Below are positions 51,922 to 64,000 of a DNA stretch of 64,000 nt, one piece after another. A model generated the notes under the pieces. It was given only the letters and a program-made list of their open reading frames with translations, was not told where the DNA came from and searched no databases. Where the stretch lies: the NCBI GenBank assembly GCA_016748015.1, contig JAAOMT010000151.1, forward strand, positions 261,463 to 325,462, given 5' to 3'. The stretch's first letter is position 1; each line of letters opens with the position of its first letter. The translations under genes and the position numbers were made by a program. The DNA comes from Geosiphon pyriformis uo1. Its lineage: Eukaryota; Fungi; Glomeromycota.

Positions 51922-53308
51922 ATGTTAGGACCTCACAATCTCAACCTTTCAAACACCGAACCTAAAAAATTTACTCTAAAGATATCCGAATTAAACTTGT
52001 CTAAAGAAATGAAAAAAACTACAGTCAAGCGTTCTATTTCTTCCGGAAAAGAAAACCATCAAGGAGCAAAGAAAGAAAGGAGTGAGTCGGTCTTCGTCGA
52101 AGAAATTAAAACTGTGAAGAATGAAAAGCATATAGTAAAGCATATTATTGAAGAAGATGAGCCTATATTGAAACCAAACCCAAGACGATTTGTACTATTC
52201 CCAATCAAATATCATGAAGTATGTCCTTAATTTCATTTCCGTGATTTTTATTCTTAATGAAGCTCGTGTTTCTTATTGTGAATTTATTTTTTTTTCATTA
52301 AAAGATCTGGAAATTTTATAAAAAAGCTGAAGCCTCTTTTTGGACGGTTGAAGAAGTTGACCTATCCAAAGATCAAAACGATTGGGAATATAAACTGAAT
52401 GATGACGAGCGGCATTTCATATCCCACGTTCTTGCATTTTTTGCAGCTTCTGATGGAATTGTCAATGAAAACCTGGTAGAGCGCTTTAGTAACGAAGTTC
52501 AAATTCCGGAAGCACGCTGCTTCTACGGTTTCCAAATCATGATTGAAAATATCCATTCCGAAATGTACTCTCTCTTAATTGATACTTACATTAAAGAGCC
52601 ATCCCAGAGGAATCATTTGTTTGACGCAATGGAGACCAGTAAGTTTCACTATTAATTATACTTTGTTCAAAAGTAAATGCGAAATACAAGTTCCTTTATT
52701 AAGACAACTTTCTTCACAAAGTTCCATGTATCCGTAAAAAAGCTAATTGGGCGCTTCGTTGGATTACTGATCAAAGGTCTTCATTCGCTGAAAGATTAAT
52801 TGCATTTGCGGCAGTAGAAGGGATATTTTTTTCTGGGTCTTTTGCATCAATCTTTTGGCTCAAGAAACGAGGACTAATGCCTGGTCTCACATTTTCCAAC
52901 GAACTTATTTCTCGAGACGAAGGGCTTCATTGCGATTTTGCTTGTCTCCTTTTCACTCACTTACGCAAGCGCCCCAGTCAAAAAACCATCGAGTCTATCA
53001 TTACCGAAGCTGTTAAAATCGAACAAGAGTTTCTTACCGAAGCTTTGCCGGTTAAGCTTATCGGAATGAATTCTACACTCATGAATCGATATATTGAATT
53101 CGTGGCCGACCGTCTACTTGTCGCCCTTGGGTGTCCGAAATATTATCGGGCTGAAAATCCCTTTGATTTTATGGATCTCATTTCTCTCCAAGGCAAGACC
53201 AATTTCTTTGAAAAACGAGTTTCAGAATACCAGAAGGCTGGTGTCATGAACAAATCGAGATCGCATTCTAGTTCCGAGAATAAATTCACGCTGGATGCTG
53301 ATTTTTAA
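51922..53308 (+). CDS. RNR2: Ribonucleotide reductase small subunit, 405 aa; exons 51922-52218, 52305-52638, 52722-53308
   Basis: [66 protein letters not shown]. Confidence 0.97.
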
Positions 53309-54514
53309 AGAGAAACAAAAGAACATTGTCCCTGGCAATCAGTATTTGATTAAAATTTAATTCATGGTGTATATGTACAAGGAATACTCTAATTTTTTTG
53401 CGTTGCCTCTTGATATACTATCTGATAAAACCTTTGAACAGTTATGATCAAAATGTAAGACACACAATACTTGCTATTAGGATTACCGAATGCATGAAAT
53501 TTAGAAATCCCTAATTTTCAATTTTTATTATAATTAATTCGGCACTTTATGTCTTACACTAATAAAGTTGCCGAAATTTTCGGCAGAACTTTTTAAAACG
53601 TTAGATTTTTCCCAGTAAAATTAGGCCAGATAATTCAACGTACTGTGATAAGTAATTTTATTACGAATATCAATTTTTTGGCAACTTTAAAGTTTGAAAG
53701 TATCAATAATAAAAATCATTAACACTATTTTTTTGGTTTAAAAGAAAAATTAAAAGTGTTAATTTTATGTATGCAAATATGTATGATTTGTGTTATTGCA
53801 TTAATTGAAATTTTGTTATAATTTTTTATTACTTGTATATTAAAATAAAAAATTTTTGTGTTAATAAAAATATTAATTAATAAATATTAAAGTATATTTT
53901 GTGTTTATTAAATTTTGTATAAAATAAGTTATATGAATTTAAATTTAGTGTTTAATTAATTTAAATGGTTAATTACTTATAAAAAACATATAAGTTATAT
54001 ATAATATAAAATATATATATTTAAATAGTAGTTGGATTACATTTTATAAGCACAATAAAAAATTATAAAGTAAAAAATTTTAAATAATTGTTTTAACTAT
54101 TATAACTATTAAATATACAAAATAATACTTGTAAAATTCAAAAAAATTATATTACTTTGTTAATAATTAAAATATTTTTAAAATTTACAAAATTTTATTA
54201 AAAAATTACAATTTTTTTTAAAATAATTTAATGTAATAAAAATGAAAACAGTTTAGAAAAATAGGTAATTTTTTTAAAATCAAAAAAATTATTATTATAT
54301 ATATATTTGTATATTATAAATCAAACTTAAAATCTTTTTACATATAAATATAGTTGTATATTTCATTTTATATATTTTTTTTAAATCTTTAATTTTAAAT
54401 GATATTTAATATTTGTTTATATTTAATATTATGTTTTTAATTAGTTATAATTTACTATCATTTTTATTATTTAATTATAATTATTAATTTAAAATAATTG
54501 TAAGTAATTATAAA

Positions 54515-54612
54515 GGGTGGCTGGTTACATGTAGAAAGTATATGAGCCGCATTTATCATAGAACATATAAAACATGTATATAAGTAAATAGCAGTTGGGG
54601 TCAATAAATAAG
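54515..54612 (+). mobile_element. Isolated LINE 3'UTR fragment upstream of the SLC35F6-like gene
   Basis: GTGGCTGGTTACATGTAGAAAGT..TGAGCCGC...TAAATAGCAGTTGGG + AATAAATAA matches the LINE-D tail. Confidence 0.8.
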
Positions 54613-54854
54613 TAAATTCTAAAAATGACTTTAAATTTCACAATTTATTAATACATACAAAAAATAAGAATATAATATAATTTTTACAAAGAAATGGGAT
54701 CATAATAGAAATCACTCTATTATCAGTCTATTATCACATGCTCGCGCGAGACAATCCAAAAAAAGTTGCACATGGAAACTTGATAACACTTTTAAAAAGA
54801 GCGAAATAATTCTTTTCCATTATTAAATTGTAACATCCTTAATTTTCGATAGAG

Positions 54855-56283
54855 ATGGCAGCAGTTGCAACAAAGTTTCTCGTTACTGGGATGTTGATAA
54901 GCGGCGTATGTAATACTATTTTAAACAAACTTCAAGACATGCAATGCGTGGAAAACTGTAACAGCAACGACCCTTCAAAAAAACCTGAATACTTTGAACA
55001 ACCAGTTTGGCAAACACTAAACATGTTTGTTGGAGAAACGCTATGCTTTTTCGCTGTATATGTGATATTGGTATGGGAACAGCATAATGGTGTTGTGTAT
55101 AGTCCTATCGAAAATGATACCCCTTCATCTGATGATTCAGAGATTATCGTCAACCTATCAGAGAATGAAGCTTTAGTTGCACCCTCAGTTGTGAAAATTA
55201 AAGATCAAAACGAAGATCTGAATGGGTTGAAAATCTTTTTATTCTGGCTCCCTACAATGTGTGATATCCTAGGCACTACGGTATTTAAGTGAGATTTCCA
55301 GATTGAGAGAAAATTCTTGATCCGTCTTTTCGGGTTTAATCTTTTTTTCTCGATTTTAATAAAAAATCTAATCAACTCAAATTTTCAGCTGATGAACGTT
55401 GGTTTAATCTATACATCTGCATCAGTCTATCAAATGCTTCGAGGAGCGGTTGTATTATTCACTGGGATATTCTCTGTAGTTTTCCTGAAACGAACCTTAC
55501 TAGCCTACCATTGGTTCTCGCTCTTTCTTGTTGTATTAGGTGTCACCATTGTAGGGATGAGCAGTATTCTATTTCCACCAAAAAAGCCATCTGATTTAAT
55601 AGTAATTCCAAGTAGTATATCAGAACTTCCTAATAGTAGTGAAGCGTTAATTGGTGTCCTGCTAGTTTTAATAGCACAGCTATTTACCGCTTCACAATTC
55701 GTCCTTGAAGAAAAGATTATGCTCAAATATCGAGTAAAACCTTTACGTGCTGTTGGTCTTGAGGGCATTTTTGGGCTGATAACTGTGATTGTTGGGATGA
55801 TAGTCCTTCACTTCACTTATGGGGTCACACACCCTGGTGGATATTTCAATATTTCAACTGGCTTCCATCAGATAATTGATAATTCAGGGGTGTGGAAAGC
55901 TGGATTGGCCATTTGTTTTTCCATTGCTTTCTTCAACTTTTTTGGCTTGAGCGTAACTCGATCGATCAGTGCCACAGCAAGATCGACAATTGATACGACT
56001 CGTATTGTATTTATTTGGTTAGTTTCATTATTTCTTGGATGGGAAACCTTTTCTTGGCTTCAGGTTATTGGTAAGTATTGAGGGATACATTATGTTTCAT
56101 TCCATCAAACAGAGAAATCTTAATAACTTTTCTATATTTAAAGGCTTTGTGGTACTTATTATGGGGACATTCATGTTTAATGGGGTGATAAACCCTCCGT
56201 CTTTCCTTGCTCCTTCTCCATCAAATCAGGTTCCAACCACCGAGAATGATCCATTGTTATCAGAAGATCATAGCCAATTATAA
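54855..56283 (+). CDS. SLC35F6-like nucleotide-sugar/DMT transporter, 415 aa; exons 54855-55280, 55389-56070, 56144-56283
   Basis: GMLISGVCNTI..K.QD..CV.NC, FEQPVWQTLNMFVGE, ASVYQMLRG, VGLEGIFG, NFFGLSVTRSISATARSTID; multiple TM helices. Confidence 0.88.
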
Positions 56284-56662
56284 CTAGAATTCTTGCCATC
56301 TTTTGGGTCAAGAATAATTTCTCGATATAAAATAATGTCTGTTTTTTTGTTCTCATAAAAGGGTTTTAATACTATTCATTGTTGATTTAGAATATACTAT
56401 GAACTTTATTAAAATTTATGATTATTGTTGGATGTTGTGTTCTCATTTCAATTCCATAACTTGACTGAACCAAATAAACGCAGGAGTTTTAGAAACTTGA
56501 TATTTTGTTACAAGGATCACATTATTTAATGTACTCAAAAAATAATACATGATTCCAAACACTGATCTTTATAAGGTGATGGAATTTTTCAATTCTAGGC
56601 TTGAAATGGCACAGATACATATTAATGGTTTTTCTTGGTTGAATTTAGTTAGCCTAGCAACT

Positions 56663-59527
56663 TTATGTCAAGCTAATAAGGAATTGACGAACACGATCAG
56701 TGAAGTCTTGCCGAGAATTCGGTTTAGGTACACTTGTGCTAACATCACCTATCACCAATTCTTGAGAGATAGAGCTCAATCCAAATTCACTTTGAAAGTC
56801 CAGGGATCTGACAGAGATAGTCATCTTACCAGTTGAATTTTCGGTTTGGATTGTGACTTCACTGAAGCAAACAAAAAAAAGTTGGGATTAATAGTCAAAA
56901 AAGTAAGTACATATATGTAAATATTTGAATATTTAGCAGTTGTCTCTTTTTAGATATTGTAAAATACTTACGCTGGTCTTCTAGCCATTTTTTGTTGAGA
57001 GGTTTTCTTGGTCACCAAGTGCATAACGGTGGGTGAAGCACGAACAATAACTAGCATAAAACGATCCAAAATCCAATTTCCCTCCCAACCACTTTCTTCA
57101 AGAATAGATAAAGCCTCTATTTCTTTGTAAATTATTTTGAGTAGAAGAAATCTCAGCTCACGTTCAAGGAACATGTAAAAGTGATGTAAATCCTCCGTCC
57201 TCAGTTCACTGTGTGTGAGATGAATAATGGCGGTACAAGGTGATTCGAGAGTAACTCGAAGACTATGTCTATTCAAAAAATATCAATAGGAATCGAATTA
57301 AATTTGATTCACCTTCTAATTAGCATATTTGATGAAAAGGGATAATTATTTACTGACATTTGATCGATAGTAATTGTTATCATTCCTGTAAACAGTGGAT
57401 CTTCAGCATCGATCGTTTCAGCATTCAGAATAAGATCTATCATATCATTTCCTTCTGCTAAAGTATTCATAAAATGCATTTGTACTGATACACCTGCATC
57501 CCTCAATGGTTTAATTGTATAGTTTGAAACCTCTCGAATTCGATTGCAGAAAAAATGATATCTCAACAGGTGAAGAGGCAGAATAAAAATATGTCCTTGA
57601 GGAGTTGATCTAATGATAAAATTAAATATAAACAATGGTATTTTGATATGTTGATAGAAATTATGTGAAAATATTATTTACCGTTCATGACGAGAAATTT
57701 TTCCTAATACTTTTTTTTGCACCTTTTCTATGTTTCGTCGGTGATATCTTCTTAAAATCAAGTTCATCGCGAGCTTTAGTGTTTTGCATGTCGAAGATAC
57801 TTCAGGAGAGGCAACATCATCAGCCTTAGACGAAATTTCCTTTTCTATGGAATCATCCGCATCTATCTTTAATAACGCCATATAATTTTCAGTTGCTTTA
57901 CGAATCAATAGAAACCGGCTCTTGAATTAGATTCGAGTGAATTGATGTACCCATTGTATTGTCAAATCTACGTCTTCATAAACTGGAATCAAAATTTCAT
58001 TTTCAATCATTTTAACTCCAAGTAAGCTGGCGGCCTCTTTAAGAATCTATTATAATTTGAATGCAAATCGAACGAAGCGATTAAGATTTGGAATATCAGA
58101 GAGATAAGTTTAAATAAATTTATGTACCTGAAGAAATAACTCAAGCTCAAATACAGCAGATTGAGCGGCCAAAAGTTGGTGATGCATATCCTGGCCACTG
58201 ATCATCTTCGAATCGATTGCTAGGTTTGCCCGATTTAGATAAAAATTAAGTCATGACTACAAAAAACCTGTATAAATATTGAATATCCTTGCTTAAAATC
58301 ATATAGTACATGAGTTTATTTCGGCAATATCCTGATGACGTTCTGGCCCTGATATTCTGCGCTCTAGTCGCAATCTCAGTAACTTTTTACGTACGGGAGG
58401 AAACGATATGGCGATTTGCTTGTCATTGGGTGTTCTTTGAATTTGAGCCATGGTATTTTGGTCAAATAGAGATCCAGCTATCTTTGACAAAATTTTGCTC
58501 ATTAGTATTCATTTATTTGCATAGTATATGTAATATTTAGCTACTTGCCATCATTATAACCGTAATCAACAAATAGTTGCTTTCCAGTATGACCCGCTTT
58601 TTGCCCATAGCCAATAATGCTCCAATTATTTTGGCGCAATGATAATGCTTCTCTCCAGAATGCTCGTTCTTTCCCTATCATTTGCCCATATTTCTCTCCT
58701 TTGGACATTAAGATCATGGCGGCATGTTTAAGTTGCTGTGGAATTCAGCGTAGAAAAATACATGTTATGTCTTTCTGTGCTTCATAAGTTAAAATAGGGA
58801 AAACGAAAAAAATTAAACCTTTCGTTTCGACGCTAACATCAGCTTGAAGTTTTGGACTTGTGTTTGTTTCGTTGGTTCAGATGGATTATGGTAGATGTGT
58901 TCTATCGTCCCTGATGGTATAGATTGTTCAACAATGGTACCTTTACGTTGATCAGGATTAACCAAATTGACAACCTCAATTCCAATACGTATTTCGTTAA
59001 GCGAAGCACTAAGAGGTAGTGAAGGAGTGAAAAATGAAAGGCACTTCACAGAACAAAAGGCCAGCAAAACTGTCAACCATCATTATAGAACGGTCAAGCT
59101 TTACTAGAGAGATCGATGAGCAGTTTCTCTCATAATTCGTATTTGATCATCTTTATTTCCAGGTTCAATTTCTTGGTTGGGAATTTCCACGTCATGATTT
59201 TTTGGCTCGAGTTTTGTTTTTATTTCATGATTTGGCTCGTCAAGAGCCTCTATAGACAATGATTTAAGGTCAAGTTCATTCCATATCCTTAATATTTGTT
59301 GGGATAGCTTTTGAGCTGGTGTCTGTTTTCTTTCAAAAGAAAGAGATTAAAGTCTTTGGGACAATAGCTTGAAATATGAAATATCAATGAAGCTTATAAA
59401 AGAAAAGAAAATACATTTCATATATCTCAGTCTCAATTTGTGCGACTCCTTCTTTAACATCAAAGGCGGCGTGGTCGAGCCGCGGCTCCAAAGATATTTT
59501 AGTTGATTTTTTATTATGTTCACTCAT
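56663..59527 (-). CDS. MED17: Mediator subunit 17 (Srb4) homolog, 11 exons by hand model
   Basis: ERAFWREALSLRQNNW, VDYGYNDAGSLF, HQLLAAQSAVFELELFLQILKEA; open spliced frame from ATG 59527 to TAA 56663. Confidence 0.8.
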
Positions 59528-59787
59528 TAAAAACTTGAAGAAATTAAAATTTTCATGCCAGAATATCTTATATAATGCAACAGGATCGGCAAGATAGAAG
59601 AAATTCGAGTATCAAATTATTTTTTTGAATTGAATCTTTTATAAAATGGATATTCTGCTAATTATTTAAATTAACGAATAATATTATAATTTCAAGTAAA
59701 TATTTATTTTGATTGATTATCAGTGATTAGTATATAAATTGAATGTTCTTTTTTGTCCAACTTTTTAAACGTTTTTCATTTTTCAAA

Positions 59788-60273
59788 ATGCCTAAACTTG
59801 ATAAAGGTATGTGTGCATTTATCCTCCTAGACTACCATATATATTTGTTTTCTCTTTTCAACTTGATTGGACCTTCTGATCCCCTTTGGAAAAAAAGACA
59901 GCGCAATACGAGCTCGAAATACTAGCGTAGTTAATACCATAACTGACACCTTTTGGAATGTCGTTCACTTCTTTCGCTTTTTTGTTCAAACTTTAATTTG
60001 GGTAAGTCCCAAAAATAGCTACTCTCAATGTACGTAAAAGTGCTTAAAATTTTATGTTTATCGATTAAACCTTTTTATACAGCCTCAATCTGCAGATAAT
60101 ATTCGAAGTGCGGAACTTAGTGGCGGTGGTAGGATACGTGTTATAAGGCCCAATATTCAACACTTTGGTAGGTAATTGTTACTAAAATAAAATTTTTCTT
60201 AAAAGACTTATTGATATATTGGAATTTCTTTTAAATAGAAGGGGCACCGCCTTGTGGAGGTTGCTGCGGATAA
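59788..60273 (+). CDS. SelK/SelG-family small ER membrane protein, Cys homolog, 80 aa; exons 59788-59806, 59898-60001, 60083-60167, 60239-60273
   Basis: Spliced product MPKLDKDSAIRARNTSVVNTITDTFWNVVHFFRFFVQTLIWPQSADNIRSAELSGGGRIRVIRPNIQHFEGAPPCGGCCG*; three GT-AG introns of 71-91 nt. Confidence 0.82.
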
Positions 60274-60555
60274 GAATTTTTAATTTTTTAAGTAAAGTCT
60301 GAATAGCTAATATCTTGTAGTCCCCATCCCTATTAAGGATTAGAAAAATGCTGGCAATTTTATCTAGATCTTTTTAACTTGTGCATTATCACTATCCCGG
60401 CTATTTAAAAATAGTTTATTCCTTTTCTGGCAAACGTTGCTCGAAGTTTCCACTGTCGGAAATTATGAACTTATGGTATTGATGAAAACAATTCCGCTTT
60501 ATTTTATAAGTTTATTTTTGATTCTATCAGTTTATTTAAAAGACCAATTCAAAAA

Positions 60556-63088
60556 ATGGGTGGTAAAAATGACGACTCACCCAACCTTCTAATAGAAGCT
60601 GGAGGACCGCTTATTGAAGCAGTAGCTGGTTTTGTGCCCATCGCTGGTCCTCTATTATCTGTAATCATTCGACAAATCTTTGACCTGACCGAGAAAGCAG
60701 AGCACAATAAAAAAATATGTCGTCGTTTAGCTGAACGAGTTCGTGTGGCGAGCTTGAACCTTGAACGTCAACATGAACGACCAGACGACGTGGCTTTAAA
60801 CCAATACAAAGACGCAATCTTCGAATGCAAAAATTTTATTGAAAAAATAAGCAAAACCTCAACATTTATGAAGTTTATAACGGGTAAAGATGTAAGTTCA
60901 AATTTTCACAATCAAAAATCTTTTTGATTCTTACCCTTTGGAACTTTGAGACGAATAAACAAGACTTTAATACGCTTCTTTAAATATTTGGGAATTTGAT
61001 GAAAAGGTTGAGTGGCAATTTAATGAAATTAATCGTAACTTGGATTCAGCTATTGGCCAATTGGGCCTCGAAGAAATTATGCGAACACGTGAAGAGATCG
61101 AAGAAGATGGGACGCTTTTAAGATCTGAAATGAGATCAACTTTAGGAGTGATCGAGGAGGTGATGAAGAATGTGTTCAAAGAAGGAATGGACACGAAAAA
61201 AAAAGTTGAGGTTTTGGACTCGAAAATTGATGCGATGCATAATGCCGTTAACAACTTGAGTAGTGGGTTGCAAATTCCCAAAAATTTGGGACTCACACGA
61301 ATCGAATGCAAGCATATTGTCGAGATTGATGGTGGTGATAATGACGACAATAATGAAATAAAAAATCAAAGCCAATTCATTGGTTCTATTGGTCAAGTTC
61401 GAAAAATGCGTTATATCACGCAAATTGTTTCGGAAAAAGAAATAGGTCCGATAAATTCGTTGTCCAGACCCCTCGAAACCATTGAAAAGGAAGTCGCCAT
61501 TCTTACCGAATTAAAAGATTGCGAATATATAATAAGATTGTAAGTTTATCTTCATAATCCTTTTTTACTGATTCATCATTTTGATAATATTCACATGGAA
61601 TAAAATCCCTTCATACCAGCTATGGCACTATGCAAAGAGCCGGAAAACTATATATCATATCTGAATGGGCAGATTCAGGGGACCTCAACACTTACCTTAA
61701 GGGTAATCCAAATCTTCCTTGGTCATTTAAAATCAAGATTGCTACTGAAATCGCCAGTGGATTAGTGTTCTGTCATACATTTGATATCTTGCATCATGAC
61801 ATTAGAAGGTACAAATTGTTCTTGAATCCCTTACATGAATTTATTACACATCTCTGGGAATATATACCCATTCATGTCATTTATTTTTCATAGTCATAAT
61901 ATCTTATTGACGGATAAATTGTCAGCGAAGCTAAGCAATTTTAGTTCCAGCCGCAAGGAAACGGATAACACCAGCCAAGTCAACGACATTCATTCTATAT
62001 ACAGGTATTAATTTTTCACGATGACACTTGCAAATATCCCTTTGGAATTTAAATGTTAAATATTTTATTTAAAGGTGGCTAGCCCCTGAAAAGGTTTTAC
62101 ACTATAGGGAGAATTCGTATACCAAACAATGTGATATTTACAGGTTTGTAATGATTCTTTGGACTTTTTTCATATCACTTTTCATATTCATTTTCTCCTT
62201 TTATAATCTTGATATGACTGTAAAACCAGTTTTGCAATTGTTCTATGGGAACTTGCATCTCAAGAATTACCATACGGCGAAATCACAAAGCCAAACAAAT
62301 TAATCGAAACTATCAAATCAGGGCAACGCCCAAGGCTTATACCTGGTACCCCACCTATATTTGAGAGAATCATGCAACAAGGATGGCATCAGCGTCCGAT
62401 CAAACGCCCAACCGCTTCATATATGTTTAAAGAATTAAATGGTATTAATCGGCCATGCGGCGAACCTGAATCTATACGGCCATTATCAAGTAATTCTATA
62501 ATAATTCCTCGATCTTCGACAATACTAGCAAGTTCTGAAGATTCAACACAAGTTAACATCGATCTAATGAATGACATCAAAAGCATAAAGCCTGTCCTAG
62601 ATATCTCAGACGCGAAGAGACTACATGATCAGAAGTTATACTCTGAAGCATGGCAAATATTCAAAATGTATGCTGATCTGGGTGACCCTATTGCTCAATA
62701 TTATGTTGGATATTACTTGATCACGGGTAATCATTCTGTTCTGCGAGATACGAAAAAGGCCGTGGAATATTTTCGACGTTCAGCGGAGAAAGGTATACCT
62801 GGCGCTCAATTAAGATATTCCGTCGCTTTGTTGAAAGGCGACGGAATTGAAAAAAATGAGGCTAATGACAGGATTGCCATTGAGAACTTGAAAAAAGCAG
62901 CTATAAGCGGCAATCCGCATGCAATGTTTAATTATGGGGATATTTTGATCAATGGGGGCCATGGTGTTTGGGAGAATATTGAAGAAGGGGAGATATGGAT
63001 GCGAGCTGCACATGACAAAGGTCACCCTCATGCTTTGAAAAAATTGACTGATCGATTAAATTCCTTAAATAAGTACCCGAGTATGTAA
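60556..63088 (+). CDS. MLKL-like four-helix bundle + coiled coil + TKL-type (pseudo)kinase + Sel1 repeats, 6 exons
   Basis: N-term AEHNKKICRRLAERV; kinase VSEK, HHDIRSHNILL, LSNFS, RWLAPE, DIYSF; Sel1 AQYYVGYYL, AQLRYSVAL, AMFNYGDIL. Confidence 0.85.
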
Positions 63089-64000
63089 TTGCATTACGAA
63101 GCGATTAGCTTTGAACATTTTCTTATTTATTTGTAGCAATCCGACAATCTTTTGGTTCCTTAAATAGATTTTCTATATTTCAATTTGACTTAGACAATGA
63201 AAAATTATTTTCCCTATATAATATCCAAGCATTAAACGAACAATTGAATTTAGGATCGAGTTATCACACTATTCACTTTCAATAACCTTTCAATCTTGTA
63301 AAATTTACTAGTGTTCCAACTTTCATACCACAAAGTTCACGCAACAGTAAAAAAGAGCTGTTGTTTTCCCTTTTTCACATAAAAAAATCAATAAAAGTTG
63401 ATATTATTATACATGATTAGACAAATCTTATTGATAGTCCAACTAATTGGACATGAAAGAAGTTCATAAAACTTTGTTCACGCAGTAGAATTTTACATAA
63501 ATTCAATTAATTCCTCTGTTTCTTGAACTATTAAGACATGTGCATTATTTACCGTTTTGGGATTCTATCCCACAGAGCTGCAGCGAAACCTAACTTTCAA
63601 AATATAGAACAGGTTTTTATTAACGTTTGAATAGGGAACGTAAAAGTTGAAGATCTAAATCTAGGAAGACAATGTACAGATAACGATTATTTTTATCCGA
63701 TATGTATAATAAAATTAACTTTTTTCTTTCGAAGAAATTCTCTAATGAAAATAGCATTCTATTATTTCTTTTTTAATTATCAGTATTTTTTGTCGGTTAA
63801 GATAATTTTTAACACAAATAGCAGACCGTCCAATAATGTGCCGTTTATCGTAATAAATTTTCACTTCAATAAAACTCGTCATACTAGTAAATGACGCGCT
63901 TTTTGTACAACGCATTTATTTGTTATTTCAAGCGAAAAATATCATCATTCCAAAATTTAGAATCGTACAGACGGGTCACAAAATTAGGACTATTTTCAGA

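Noticed and set aside
51922-53308. Functional link between RNR2 and the TE dUTPase (nucleotide-metabolism cluster)
   Set aside because: 32 kb apart; RNR2 is an ordinary intron-containing host gene, so proximity is probably chance
53470-53590. Short inverted motifs (TAGGATT..AATCCCTA; GCCGAAATTTTCGGC) after RNR2
   Set aside because: Possibly a MITE end, but no partner terminus or TSD could be established
56549-56836. 95-aa + strand ORF
   Set aside because: Antisense to the last MED17 exon; no independent support
60274-60555. Relic SECIS downstream of the SelK-like gene
   Set aside because: No convincing AUGA..AA..GA kink-turn stem seen and the CDS has no in-frame TGA

Overview
Eukaryotic, intron-rich fungal DNA. 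By inference from gene content and TE style it is an arbuscular-mycorrhizal-type (Glomeromycotina) genome; the species cannot be proven from this window. Roughly 1-51.5 kb is a nested retrotransposon graveyard with one gene island (TRP4). It holds three full-length + strand LINEs (ORF1 with CCHC; ORF2 APE-RT-RNaseH-zinc finger) plus older antisense and truncated copies. A full-length Ty3/Gypsy element (LTRs, 4-bp TSD, PBS, PPT) is inserted in one LINE and encodes a Cys-rich domain, a dUTPase, a second degenerate dUTPase-like domain and an extra 3' ORF. A second eroded Gypsy copy and solo/partial LTRs are also present. All TE copies show heavy C->T/G->A erosion that is not confined to CpG. Host genes: TRP4, RNR2, an SLC35F6-like transporter, MED17, a 4-exon SelK-like Cys homolog invisible in the ORF track, and an MLKL-like four-helix-bundle/pseudokinase/Sel1 gene. 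Highlights: the accessory cargo of the Gypsy element, RIP-like hypermutation, a covarying pseudoknot-capable LINE 3' RNA element, and a LINE tail that supplies a perfect Gcn4/AP-1 site to the TRP4 promoter. All alignments and exon models were made by hand.
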